A stretch of 64,000 nt of DNA from Eledone cirrhosa (Eukaryota): contig OZ024740.1 of assembly GCA_964016885.1 (NCBI GenBank), positions 391,778,001 to 391,842,000 on the forward strand. The letters are read 5' to 3'. Below, one piece after another: positions 1 to 15,000 of the stretch. The notes under the pieces are model-generated. The model saw nothing but the letters and a program-made list of their open reading frames with translations. It was not told the origin of the DNA and searched no databases. Position 1 is the first letter of the stretch. Each line of letters opens with the position of its first letter. Made by a program: the position numbers and the translations under genes.

Positions 1-3000
1 CAGTATTGTTTGGAGTGGTATTGGCACCAGTATTGTTTGGAATGGTATTGGCACCAGCATTATTTGTAGTGTTATTGGTACCACCATTGTTTGGAATGGT
101 ATTGGCACCAGCATTGTTTGGAATGGTATTGGCACCAACATTGTTTGGAGTGGTATTGGCACCAGCATTGTTTGGAGTAGTATTGGCACCAGCATTCTTT
201 GGAATGGTATTGGCACCAGCATTGTTTGGAATGGTATTGTCACCAGCTTTGTTTGCAATGGTATTGGCACCAGCATTGTTTGGAATGGTATTGGCACCAG
301 CATTGTTTGGAATGGTATTGGCACCAACATTGTTTGGAGTGGTATTGGCACCAGCATTGTTTGGAGTAGTATTGGCACCAGCATTGTTTGGAATGGTATT
401 GGCACCAGCATTGTTTGGAATGGTATTGTCACCAGCTTTGTTTGCAATGGTATTGGCACCAGCATTGTTTGGAATGGTATTGGCACCAGCATTGTTTGGA
501 GTAGTATTGGCACCAGCATTGTTTGGAATAGTATTGGCACCAGCATTGTTTGGAATAGTATTGGCACCAGCATTGTTTGGAGTAGTATTAGCACCAGCAT
601 TGTTTGTAATGGTATTGACACCAGCATTGTTTGGAGTAGTATTGGCACCAGCATTGTTTGTAATGGTATTGGCACCAGCATTGTTTGGAGTAGTATTGGC
701 ACCAGCATTGTTTGGAATGGTATTGGCACCAGCATTGTTTGGAATGGTATTGGCACCAGCTTTGTTTGGAATAGTATTGGCACCAGCATTGTTTGGAGTA
801 GTATTGACACCAGGATTGTTTGGAATAGTATTGGCACCAGCATTGTTTTGAATAGTATTGGCACCAGCATTGTTTGGAATAGTATTGGCACCAGCATTGT
901 TTGGAGTAGTATTGGCACCAGCATTGTTTGGAATAGTATTGGCACCAGCATTGTTTGGAGTAGTATTGGCACCAGCATTGTTTGTAATGGTATTGGCACC
1001 AGCATTGTTTGGAGTAGTATTGGCACCAGCATTGTTTGGAATGGTATTGGCACCAACATTGTTTAGAGTGGTATTGGCACCAGCATTGTTTGGAATTTTA
1101 TTGGCACCAACATTGTTTGGAATGGTATTGGCACCAACCTTGTTTGGAGTGGTATTGGCACCAGCATTGTTTGGAATGGTATTGGCACCAGCATTGTTTG
1201 GAGTGGTATTGACACCAGCATTGTTTGGAATGGTATTGGCACCAGCATTGTTTGGAGTGGTATTGGCACCAGCATTGTTTGGAGTGGTATTGGCACCCGC
1301 ATTGTTTGGAATGGTATTGGCACCAGCATTGTTTGGAGTGGTATTGGCACCAGCATTGTTTGGAGTGGTATTGGCACTAGCATTGTTTGGAATGGTATTG
1401 GCACCAGCATTGTTTGGAGTGGTATTGGCACCAGCATTGTTTGGAATGGTATTGGCACTAGCATTGTTTGGAGTGGTATTGGCACTAGCATTGTTTGGAA
1501 TGGTATTGGCACCAGCATTGTTTGGAGTGGTATTGGCACCAGCATTGTTTGGAGTGGTATTGGCACCCGCATTGTTTGGAATGGTATTGGCACCAGCATT
1601 GTTTGGAGTGGTATTGGCACCCGCATTGTTTGGAATGGTATTGGCACCAGCATTGTTTGGAATGGTATTGGCACCAGCACTGTTTGGAGTGGTACTGGCA
1701 CCAGCATTGTTTGTAATAGTATTGGCACCAGTATTGTTTGGAGTGGTATTGGCACCAGCATTGTTTGCAATGGTATTGGCACCAGCATTGTTTGGAGTGG
1801 TATTGGCAACAGAATTGTTTGGAATGGTATTGGCACCAGCATTGTTTGGAATGGTATTGGCACCAGCATTGTTTGGAATGGTATTGGCACCAGCATTGTT
1901 TGTAATGGTGTTGGCACCAGCATTGTTTGGAGTGGTATTGGCACCAGCATTGTTCAGAATGGTATTGGCACCAGTATTGTTTGGAGTGGTATTGGCACCA
2001 GCATTGTTTGGAATGGTATTGGCACCAGCATTATTTGTAGTGTTATTGGTACCACCATTGTTTGGAATGGTATTGGCACCAGCATTTTTTGGAATGGTAT
2101 TGGCATCAGCACTGTTTGGAATGGTATTGGCACCAGAATCGTTTGGAATGGTATTGGCACCAGCATTGTTTGGATTGGTATTGGCACCAGCATTGTTTGG
2201 AATGGTATTGGCACCAGTATTGTTTGGAATGGTATTGGCACCAGCATTGCTTGGAATGGTATTGGCACCAGCATTGCTTGGAGTGGTATTGGCACCAGCA
2301 TTGTTTGGAATGGTATTGGCACCTACATTGTTTGGAATGGTATTGGCACCAGCATTGTTTGTAATGGTATTGGCACCAGTATTGTTTGGAATGGTATTGG
2401 CACCAGCATTGTTTGGAATGGTATTGGCACCAGCATTGTTTGGAATGGTATTGGCACCAGCATTGTTTGGAATGGTATTGGCACCAGCATTGTTTGGAAT
2501 GGTATTGGCACCAGCATTGTTTGGAGTGATATTGGCACCAGCATTGTTTGGAATGGTATTGGCACCAGCATTGTTTGGAGTGGTATTGGCACCAGCATTG
2601 TTTGGAATGGTATTGACACCAGCATTGTTTGGAGTGGTATTGGCACCAGCATTGTTTGGAGTGGTATTGGCACCAGCATTGTTTGGAATGGTATTGACAC
2701 CAGCATTGTTTGGAATTGTATTGGCAGCAGCATTTTTTGGAATGGTATTGGCACCAGCATTGTTTGTAATGATATTGGTACCAGCATTGTTTGGAATGTT
2801 ATTGGCACCAGCATTGTTTGGAATGGTATTGGCACCAGCATTGTTTGGAGTGGTATTGGCACCAGCATTGTTTGGAATGGTATTGGCACCAGCATTGTTT
2901 GGAATGGTATTGGCACCAGCACTGTTTGGAGTGGTACTGGCACCAGCATTGTTTGTAATAGTATTGGCACCAGTATTGTTTGGAGTGGTATTGGCACCAG

Positions 3001-6000
3001 CATTGTTTGCAATGGTATTGGCACCAGCTTTGTTTGGAGTGGTATTGGCACCAGCATTGTTTGGAATGGTATTGGCACCAGCATTGTTTGGAATGGTATT
3101 GGCACCAGCATTGTTTGGAATGGTATTGGCACCAGCATTGTTTGTAATGGTATTGGCACCAGCATTGTTTGGAGTTGTATTGGCACCAGCATTGTTCGGA
3201 ATGGTATTGGCACCAGCATTGTTTGGAATGGTATTGGCACCAGTATTGTTTGGAATGGTATTGGCACCTGCATTGTTTGGAATGGTATTGGCACCAGCAT
3301 TGTTTGGAATGGTATTGGCACCAGTATTGTTTGGAATGGTATTGGCACCTGCATTGTTTGGAATGGTATTTGCACCAGCATTGTTTGTAATGGTATTGGC
3401 ACCAGCATTGTTTGGAGTGGTATTGGCACCAGCATTGTTTGGAATGGTATTGGCACCAGGATTGTTTGGAATGGTATTGGCACCAGCATTGTTTGGAATG
3501 GTATTGGCACCAGCATTATTTGGAGTGGTATTGGTACCAGCATTGTTTGGAATGGTATTGGCACCTGCATTGTTTGGAATGGTATTGGCACCCCCATTGT
3601 TTGTAATGGTATTGGCACCAGCATTGTTTGGAATGGTATTGGCACCAGCATTGTTTCGAATGGTATTGGCACAAGCATTGTTTGGAATGGTATTGGCACC
3701 AGCATTGCTTGGAATGGTACTGGCACCAGCATTGTTTGGAGTGGTATTGGCACCAGCATTGTTTGGAGTGGTATTGGCACCAGCATTGTTTGGAATGGTA
3801 TTGGCACCAGGATTGTTTGGAATGGTATTGGCACCAATATTGTTTGGAGTGGTATTAGCACCAGCATTGTTTGGAATGGTATTGGCACCAGCATTGTTTG
3901 TAGTGGTATTGGCACCAGCATTGTTTGGAATGGTATTGGCACCAGCATTGTTTGGAATGGTATTGGCACCAGCATTGTTTGGGATGGTATTGGCACCAGC
4001 ATTGTTTGGAGTAGTATTGGCACCAGCATTGTTTGTATTGGTATTGGCACCAGCATTGTTTAGAATGGTATTGGCACCAACATTGTTTGGAGTGGTATTG
4101 GCACCAGCATTGTTTGGAGTAGTATTGGCACCAGCATTGTTTGGAATGGTATTGGCACCAGCATTGTTTGGAATGGTATTGGCACCAGCTTTGTTTGCAA
4201 TGGTATTGGCACCAGCATTGTTTGGAATGGTATTGGCACCAACATTGTTTGGAGTGGTATTGGCACCAGCATTGTTTGGAGTAGTATTGGCACCAGCATT
4301 GTTTGGAATGGTATTGGCACCAGCATTGTTTGGAATGGTATTGTCACCAGCTTTGTTTGCAATGGTATTGCCACCAGCATTGTTTGGAATGGTATTGGCA
4401 CCAGGATTGTTTGGAGTAGTATTGACACCAGCATTGTTTGGAATAGTATTGGCACCAGCATTGTTTGGAATAGTATTGGCACCAGCATTGTTTGGAGTAG
4501 TATTAGCACCAGCATTGTTTGTAATGGTATTGGCACCAGCATTGTTTGGAGTAGTATTGGCACCAGCATTGTTTGTAATGGTATTGGCACCAGCATTGTT
4601 TGGAGTAGTATTGGCACCAGCATTGTTTGGAATGGTATTGGCACCAGCATTGTTTGGAATTGTATTGGCACCAGCTTTGTTTGGAATAGTATTGGCACCA
4701 GCATTGTTTGGAGTAGTATTGGCACCAGGATTGTTTGGAGTAGTATTGGCACCAGCATTGTTTTGAATAGTATTGGCACCAGCATTGTTTGGAATAGTAT
4801 TGGCACCAGCATTGTTTGGAGTAGTATTGGCACCAGCATTGTTTGGAATAGTATTGGCACCAGCATTGTTTGGAGTAGTATTGGCACCAGCATTGTTTGT
4901 AATGGTATTGGCACCAGCATTGTTTGGAGTAGTATTGGCACCAGCATTGTTTGGAATGGTATTGGCACCAACATTGTTTAGAGTGGTATTGGCACCAGCA
5001 TTGTTTGGAATTTTATTGGCACCAACATTGTTTGGAATGGTATTGGCACCAACATTGTTTGGAGTGGTATTGGCACCAGCATTGTTTGGAATGGTATTAG
5101 CACCAGCATTGTTTGGAGTGGTATTGACACCAGCATTGTTTGGAATGGTATTGGCACCAGCATTGTTTGGAGTGGTATTGGCACCAGCATTGTTTGGAGT
5201 TGTATTGGCACCCGCATTGTTTGGAATGGTATTGGCACCAGCATTGTTTGGAGTGGTATTGGCACCAGCATTGTTTGGAGTGGTATTGGCACTAGCATCG
5301 TTTGGAATGGTATTGGCACCAGCATTGTTTGGAGTGGTATTGGCACCAGCATTGTTTGGAATGGTATTGGCACTAGCATTGTTTGGAATGGTATTGGTAC
5401 CAGCATTGTTTGGAATGGTATTGGCACCAGGATTGTTTGTAATGGTATTGGCACCAGCATTGTTTGGAATGGTATTGGCACCAGCATTGTTTTGGAATGG
5501 TATTAGCACCAGCATTGTTTGGAATACTATTAGAACCAGCATTGTTTGGAATGGTATTGGTACTAGCATTGTTTGGAATGGTATTGGCACCAGTATTGTT
5601 TGGAGTGGTATTGGCACCAGCATTGTTTGCAATGGTATTGACACCAGCATTGTTTGGAGTGGTATTGGCACCAGCATTATTTGGAATGGTATTGGCACCA
5701 GCATTGTTTGGAATGGTATTGGCACCAGCATTGTTTGGAATGGTATTGGCACCAGCATTGTTTGGAGTTGTATTGGCACCAGCATTGTTCGGAATGGTAT
5801 TGGCACCAGTATTGTTTGGAGTGGTATTGGCACCAGTATTGTTTGGAATGTTATTGGCACCAGCATTATTTGTAGTGTTATTGGTACCACCATTGTTTGG
5901 AATGGTATTGGCACCAGCATTGTTTGGAATGGTATTGGCACCAACATTGTTTGGAGTGGTATTGGCACCAGCATTGTTTGGAGTAGTATTGGCACCAGCA

Positions 6001-9000
6001 TTCTTTGGAATGGTATTGGCACCAGCATTGTTTGGAATGGTATTGTCACCAGCTTTGTTTGCAATGGTATTGGCACCAGCATTGTTTGGAATGGTATTGG
6101 CACCAGCATTGTTTGGAATGGTATTGGCACCAACATTGTTTGGAGTGGTATTGGCACCAGCATTGTTTGGAGTAGTATTGGCACCAGCATTGTTTGGAAT
6201 GGTATTGGCACCAGCATTGTTTGGAATGGTATTGTCACCAGCTTTGTTTGCAATGGTATTGGCACCAGCATTGTTTGGAATGGTATTGGCACCAGCATTG
6301 TTTGGAGTAGTATTGGCACCAGCATTGTTTGGAATAGTATTGGCACCAGCATTGTTTGGAATAGTATTGGCACCAGCATTGTTTGGAGTAGTATTAGCAC
6401 CAGCATTGTTTGTAATGGTATTGACACCAGCATTGTTTGGAGTAGTATTGGCACCAGCATTGTTTGTAATGGTATTGGCACCAGCATTGTTTGGAGTAGT
6501 ATTGGCACCAGCATTGTTTGGAATGGTATTGGCACCAGCATTGTTTGGAATGGTATTGGCACCAGCTTTGTTTGGAATAGTATTGGCACCAGCATTGTTT
6601 GGAGTAGTATTGACACCAGGATTGTTTGGAATAGTATTGGCACCAGCATTGTTTTGAATAGTATTGGCACCAGCATTGTTTGGAATAGTATTGGCACCAG
6701 CATTGTTTGGAGTAGTATTGGCACCAGCATTGTTTGGAATAGTATTGGCACCAGCATTGTTTGGAGTAGTATTGGCACCAGCATTGTTTGTAATGGTATT
6801 GGCACCAGCATTGTTTGGAGTAGTATTGGCACCAGCATTGTTTGGAATGGTATTGGCACCAACATTGTTTAGAGTGGTATTGGCACCAGCATTGTTTGGA
6901 ATTTTATTGGCACCAACATTGTTTGGAATGGTATTGGCACCAAACTTGTTTGGAGTGGTATTGGCACCAGCATTGTTTGGAATGGTATTGGCACCAGCAT
7001 TGTTTGGAGTGGTATTGACACCAGCATTGTTTGGAATGGTATTGGCACCAGCATTGTTTGGAGTGGTATTGGCACCAGCATTGTTTGGAGTGGTATTGGC
7101 ACCCGCATTGTTTGGAATGGTATTGGCACCAGCATTGTTTGGAGTGGTATTGGCACCAGCATTGTTTGGAGTGGTATTGGCACTAGCATTGTTTGGAATG
7201 GTATTGGCACCAGCATTGTTTGGAGTGGTATTGGCACCAGCATTGTTTGGAATGGTATTGGCACTAGCATTGTTTGGAGTGGTATTGGCACCAGCATTGT
7301 TTGGAATGGTATTGGCACCAGCATTGTTTGGAGTGGTATTGGCACCAGCATTGTTTGGAGTGGTATTGGCACCCGCATTGTTTGGAATGGTATTGGCACC
7401 AGCATTGTTTGGAGTGGTATTGGCACCCGCATTGTTTGGAATGGTATTGGCACCAGCATTGTTTGGAGTGGTATTGGCACCAGCATTGTTTGGAGTGGTA
7501 TTGGCACTAGCATTGTTTGGAATGGTATTGGCACCAGCATTGTTTGGAGTGGTATTGGCACCAGCATTGTTTGGAATGGTATTGGCACTAGCATTGTTTG
7601 GAATGGTATTGGTACCAGCATTGTTTGGAATGGTATTGGCACCAGGATTGTTTGTAATGGTATTGGCACCAGCATTGTTTGGAATGGTATTGGCACCAAC
7701 ATTGTTTTGGAATTGTATTAGCACCAGCATTGTTTGGAATACTATTAGAACCAGCATTGTTTGGAATGGTATTGGTACTAGCATTGCTTGGAATGGTATT
7801 GGCACCAGTATTGTTTGGAGTGGTATTGGCACCAGCATTGTTTGCAATGGTATTGGCACCAGCATTGTTTGGAGTGGTATTGGCACCAGCATTATTTGGA
7901 ATGGTATTGGCACCAGCATTGTTTGGAATGGTATTGGCACCAGCATTGTTTGGAATGGTATTGGCACCAGCATTGTTTGTAATGGTATTGGCACCAGCAT
8001 TGTTTGGAGTTGTATTGGCACCAGCATTGTTCGGAATGGTATTGGCACCAGTATTGTTTGGAGTGGTATTGGCACCAGTATTGTTTGGAATGGTATTGGC
8101 ACCAGCATTATTTGTAGTGTTATTGGTACCACCATTGTTTGGAATGGTATTGGCACCAGCATTGTTTGGAATGGTATTGACACCAGAATCGTTTGGAATG
8201 GTATTGGCACCAGCATTGTTTGGAGTGGTATTGACACCAGCATTGTTTGGAATGGTATTGGCACCAGCATTGTTTGGAATGGTATTGGCACCAGCATTGC
8301 TTGGAATGGTACTGGCACCAGCATTGTTTGGAGTGCTATTGGCCCCAGCATTGTTTGGAGTGGTATTGGCACCAGCATTGTTTGGAATGGTATTGGCACC
8401 AGCATTGTTTGGAATGGTATTGGCACCAGCATTGTTTGGAATGGTATTGGCACCAGCATTGTTTGGAGTGGTATTGGCACCAGCATTGTTTGGAGTGGTA
8501 TTGGTACCAGCATTGTTTGGAATGGTATTGGCACCAGGATTGTTTGGAATGGTATTGGCACCAGCATTGTTTGGAATGGTATTGGCACCAGCATTATTTG
8601 GAGTGGTATTGGTACCAGCATTGTTTGGAATGGTATTGGCACCTGCATTGTTTGGAATGGTATTGGCACCAGCATTGTTTGTAATGGTATTGGTACCAGC
8701 ATTGTTTCGAATGGTATTGGCACCAGCATTGTTTGGAATGGTATTGGCACCAGCATTGTTTGGAGTGGTATTGGCACCAGCATTGTTTGGAATGGTATTG
8801 GCACCAGCATTATTTGGAGTGGTATTGGTACCAGCATTGTTTGGAATGGTATTGGCACCTGCATTGTTTGGAATGGTATTGGCACCAGCATTGTTTGGAA
8901 TGGTATTGGCACCAGCATTATTTGGAGTGGTATTGGTACCAGCATTGTTTGGAATGGTATTGGCACCTGCATTGTTTGGAATGGTATTGGCACCAGCATT

Positions 9001-12000
9001 GTTTCGAATGGTATTGGCACCAGCATTGTTTCGAATGGTATTGGCACCAGCATTGTTTGGAGTGGTATTGGCACCAGCATTGTTTGGAGTGGTATTGGCA
9101 CTAGCATTGTTTGGAATGGTATTGGCACCAGCATTGTTTGGAGTGGTATTGGCACCAGCATTGTTTGGAATGGTATTGGCACCAGCATTGTTTGGAATGG
9201 TATTGGCACCAGCATTGTTTGGAATGGTATTGGCACCAGCATTGTTTGGAATGGTATTGGCACCAGCATTGTTTGGAATGGTATTGGCACCAGCATTGTT
9301 TAGAGTGGTATTGGCACCAGCATTGTTTGGAATGGTATTGGCACCAGCATTGTTTGGAATGGTATTGGCACCAACATTGTTTAGAGTGGTATGGGCACCA
9401 GCATTCTTTGGAATTTTATTGGCACCAACATTGTTTGGAATGGTATTGGCACCAACATTGTTTGGAGTGGTATTGGCACCAGCATTGTTTGGAATGGTAT
9501 TAGCACCAGCATTGTTTGGATTGGTATTGACACCAGCATTGTTTGGAATGGTATTGGCACCAGCATTGTTTGGAGTGGTATTGGCACCAGCATTGTTTGG
9601 AGTGGTATTGGCACCCGCATTGTTTGGAATGGTATTGGCACCAGCATTGTTTGGAGTGGTATTGGCACCAGCATTGTTTGGAGTGGTATTGGCACTAGCA
9701 TTGTTTGGAATGGTATTGGCACCAGCATTGTTTGGAGTGGTATTAGCCCCAGCATTGTTTGGAATGGTATTGGCACTAGCATTGTTAGGAATGGTATTGG
9801 TACCAGCATTGTTTGGAATGGTATTGGCACCAGGATTGTTTGTAATGGTATTGGCACCAGCATTGTTTGGAATGGTATTGGCACCAGCATTGTTTTGGAA
9901 TGGTATTAGCACCAGCATTGTTTGGAATGGTATTGGCACCAGCATTGTTTGGAATACTATTAGAACCAGCATTGTTTGGAATGGTATTGGTACTAGCATT
10001 GTTTGGAATGGTATTGGCACCAGTATTGTTTGGAGTGGTATTGGCACCAGCATTGTTTGCAATGGTATTGGCACCAGCATTGTTTGGAGTGGTATTGGCA
10101 CCAGCATTATTTGGAATGGTATTGGCACCAGCATTGTTTGGAATGGTATTGGCACCAGCAGTGTTTGGAATGGTATTGGCACCAGCATTGTTTGTAATGG
10201 TATTGGCACCAGCATTGTTTGGAGTTGTATTGGCACCAGCATTGTTCGGAATGGTATTGGCACCAGTATTGTTTGGAGTGGTATTGGCACAAGTATTGTT
10301 TGGAATGGTATTGGCACCAGCATTATTTGTAGTGTTATTGGTACCACCATTGTTTGGAATGGTATTGGCACCAGCATTGTTTGGAATGGTATTGACACCA
10401 GAATCGTTTGGAATGGTATTGGCACCAGCATTGTTTGGAGTGGTATTGGCACCAGCATTGCTTAGAATGGTACTGGCACCAGCATTGTTTGGAGTGCCAT
10501 TGGCCCCAGCATTGTTTGGAGTGGTATTGGCACCAGCATTGTTTGGAATGGTATTGGCACCAGCATTGTTTGGAATGGTATTGGCACCAGCATTGTTTGG
10601 AATGGTATTGGCACCAGCATTGTTTTGGAATGGTATTGGCACCAGCATTGTTTGGAATACTATTAGCACCAGCATTGTTTGGAATGGTATTGGTACTAGC
10701 ATTGTTTGGAATGGTATTGGCACCAGTATTGTTTGGAGTGGTATTGGCACCAGCATTGTTTGCCATGGTATTGGCACCAGCATTGTTTGGAGTGGTATTG
10801 GCACCAGCATTGTTTGGAATGGTATTGGCACCAGCATTGTTTGGAATGGTATTGGCACCAGCATTGTTTGGAATGGTATTGGCACCAGCATTGTTTGTAA
10901 TGGTATTGGCACCAGCATTGTTTGGAGTTGTATTGGCACCAGCATTGTTTGGAATGGTATTGGCACCAGAATCGTTTGGAATGGTATTGGCACCAGCATT
11001 GTTTGGAGTGGTATTGGCACCAGCATTGTTTGGAATGGTATTGGCACCAGCATTGTTTGGAATGGTATTAGCACCAGTATTGTTTGGAGTGGTATTGGCA
11101 CCAGTATTGTTTGGAATGGTATTGGCACCAGCATTATTTGTAGTGTTATTGGTACCACCATTGTTTGGAATGGTATTGGCACCAGCATTGTTTGGAATGG
11201 TATTGACACCAGAATCGTTTGGAATGGTATTGGCACCAGCATTGTTTGGAGTGGTATTGGCACCAGCATTGTTTGGAATGGTATTGGCACCAGCATTGTT
11301 TGGAGTGGTATTGGCACCAGCATTGTTTGGAGTGGTATTGGCACTAGCATTGTTTGGAATGGTATTGGCACCAGCATTGTTTGGAGTGGTATTGGCACCA
11401 GCATTGTTTGGAATGGTATTGGCACTAGCATTGTTTGGAATGGTATTGGTACCAGCATTGTTTGGAATGGTATTGGCACCAGGATTGTTTGTAATGGTAT
11501 TGGCACCAGCATTGTTTGGAATGGTATTGGCACCAGCATTTTTTTGGAATGGTATTGGCACCAGCATTGTTTGGAATACTATTAGCACCAGCATTGTTTG
11601 GAATGGTATTGGTACTAGCATTGTTTGGAATGGTATTGGCACCAGTATTGTTTGGAGTGGTATTGGCACCAGCATTGTTTGCAATGGTATTGGCACCAGC
11701 ATTGTTTGGAATGGTATTGGTACCAGCATTGTTTGGAATGGTATTGGCACCAGCATTGTTTGGAATGGTATTGACACCAGAATCGTTTGGAATGGTATTG
11801 GCACCAGCATTGTTTGGAGTGGTATTGGCACCAGCATTGTTTGGAATGGTATTGGCACCAGCATTGTTTGGAATGGTATTGGCACCAGCATTGCTTGGAA
11901 TGGTATTGGCACCAGCATTGTTTGGAATGGTATTGGCACCAGCATTGTTTGGAGTGCTATTGGCCCCAGCATAGTTTGGAGTGGTATTGGCACCAGCATT

Positions 12001-15000
12001 GTTTGGAATGGTATTGGCACCAGCATTGTTTGGAGTGCTATTGGCCCCAGCATAGTTTGGAGTGGTATTGGCACCAGCATTGTTTGGAATAGTATTGGCA
12101 CTAGCATTGTTTGGAATGGTATTGGCACCAGCATTGTTTGGAATGGTATTGGCACCAGCATTGTTTGGAGTGGTATTGGCACCAGCATTGTTTGGAGTGG
12201 TATTGGTACCAGCATTGTTTGGAATGGTATTGGCACCAGGATTGTTTGGAATGGTATTGGCACCAGTATTGTTTGGAATGGTATTGGCACCAGCATTATT
12301 TTGAGTGGTATTGGTACCAGCATTGTTTGGAATGGTATTGGCACCTGCATTGTTTGGAATGGTATTGGCATCAGCATTATTTGTAATGGTATTGGCACCA
12401 GCATTGTTTGGAATGGTATTGGCACCAGCATTGTTTGGAATGGTATTGGCACCAGCATTGTTTGGAATGGTATTGGCACCAGCATTGTTTGGAGTGGTAT
12501 TGGCACCAGCATTGTTTGGAATGGTATTGGCACCAGCATTGTTTGAAGTGGTATTGGCACCAGCATTGTTTGGAATGGTATTAGCACCAGCATTGTTTGG
12601 AGTGGTATTGACACCAGCATTGTTTGGAATGGTATTGGCACCAGCATTGTTTGGAGTGGTATTGGCACCAGCATTGTTTGGAATGGTATTGGTACTAGCA
12701 TTGTTTGGAATGGTATTGGCACCAGTATTGTTTGGAGTGGTATTGGCACCAGCATTGTTTGGAATGGTATTGGCACCAGCATTGTTTGGAATGGTATTGG
12801 CACCAGCATTGTTTGGAATGGTATTGGCACCAGCATTGTTTGGAATGGTATTGGCACCAGCATTGTTTGGAGTTGTATTGGCACCAGCATTGTTCGGAAT
12901 GGTATTAGCACCAGTATTGTTTGGAGTGGTATTGGCACCAGTATTGTTTGGAATGGTATTGGCACCAGCATTATTTGTAGTGTTATTGGTACCACCATTG
13001 TTTGGAATGGTATTGGCACCAGCATTGTTTGGAATGGTATTGGCACCAGCATTGTTTGGAGTGGTATTGGCACCAGCATTGTTTGGAGTGGTATTGGCAC
13101 CAGCATTATTTGGAATGGTATTGGCACCAGCATTGTTTGGAATGGTATTGGCACCAACATTGTTTAGAGTGGTATTGGCACCGGCATTGTTTGGAATTTT
13201 ATTGGCACCAGCATTGTTTGGAGTGGTATTGGCACCAGCATTGTTTGGAATGGTATTGGCACCAACATTGTTTGGAGTGGTATTGGCACCAGCATTGTTT
13301 GGAATGGTATTGGCACCAGCATTGTTTGGAGTGGTATTGGCACCAGCATTGTTGGGAATGGTATTGGCACCAGCATTGTTTGGAGTGGTATTGGCACCAG
13401 TATTGTTTGGAATGGTATTGGCACCAGCATTGTTTGGAGTGGTATTGACACCAGCATTGTTTGGAATGGTATTGGCACCAGCATTGTTTGGAATGGTATT
13501 GGCACCAGCATTGTTTGGAGTGGTATTGGCACCAGCATTGTTTGGAGTGGTATTGGCACCAGCATTGTTTGGAATGGTATTGGCACCAGCATTGTTTGGA
13601 GTGGTATTGGCACCAGCATTGTTTGGAGTGGTATTGGCACCAGCATTGTTTGGAATGGTATTGGCACCAGCATTGTTTGGAGTGGTATTGACACCAGCAT
13701 TGTTTGTAATGGTATTGGTACCAGCATTGTTTGGAGTGGTATTGGCACCAGCATTGTTTGGAATGGTATTGGCACCAGCATTGTTTGGAATGGTATTGGC
13801 ACCAGCATTGTTTGGAATGGTATTGGCACCAGCATTGTTTGGAATGGTATTGGCACCAGCATTGTTTGGAATGGTATTGGCACCAACATTGTTTAGAGTG
13901 GTATTGGCACCAGCATTGTTTGGAGTGGTATTGGCACCAACATTGTTTGGAATCGTATTGGCACCAACATTGTTTGGAGTGGTATTGGCACCAGCATTGT
14001 TTGGAATGGTATTAGCACCAGCATTGTTTGGAGCGGTATTGACACCAGCATTGTTTGGAATGGTATTGGCACCAGCATTGTTTGGAGTGGTATTGGCACC
14101 AGAATTGTTTGGAGTGGTATTGGCACCCGCATTGTTTGGAATGGTATTGGCACCAGCATTGTTTGGAGTGGTATTGGCACCAGCATTGTTTGGAGTGGTA
14201 TTGGCACTAGCATTGTTTGGAATGGTATTGGCACCAGCATTGTTTGGAGTGGTATTGGCACCAGCATTATTTGGAATGTTATTGGCACCAGCATTGTTTG
14301 GAATGGTATTGGCACCAGCATTGTTTGTAATGGTATTGACACCAGCATTGTTTGTAATGGTATTGGCACCAGCATTGTTTGGAGTTGTATTGGCACCAGC
14401 ATTGTTCGGAATGGTATTGGCACCAGTATTGTTTGGAGTGGTATTGGCACCAGTATTGTTTGGAATGGTATTGGCACCAGCATTATTTGTAGTGTTATTG
14501 GTACCACCATTGTTTGGAATGGTATTGGCACCAGCATTGTTTGGAATGGTATTGGCACCAGCATTGTTTGGAATGGTATTGACACCAGAATCGTTTGGAA
14601 TGGTATTGGCACCAGCATTGTTTGGAGTGTTATTGGCACCAGCATTGTTTGGAATGGTATTGGCACCCGCATTGTTTGGAATGGTATTGGCACCAGCATT
14701 GCTTGGAATGGTACTGGCACCAGCATTGTTTGGAGTGCTATTGGCCCCAGCATTGTTTGGAGTGGTATAGGCACCAGCATTGTTTGGAATGGTATTGGCA
14801 CCAGCATTGTTTGGAATGGTATTGGCACCAGCATTGTTTGGAGTGGTATTGGCACCAGCATTGTTTGGAGTGGTATTGGTACCAGCATTGTTTGGAATGG
14901 TATTGGCACCAGGATTGTTTGGAATGGTATTGGCACCAGCATTGTTTGGAATGGTATTGGCACCAGCATTATTTGGAGTGGTATTTGTACCAGCATTGTT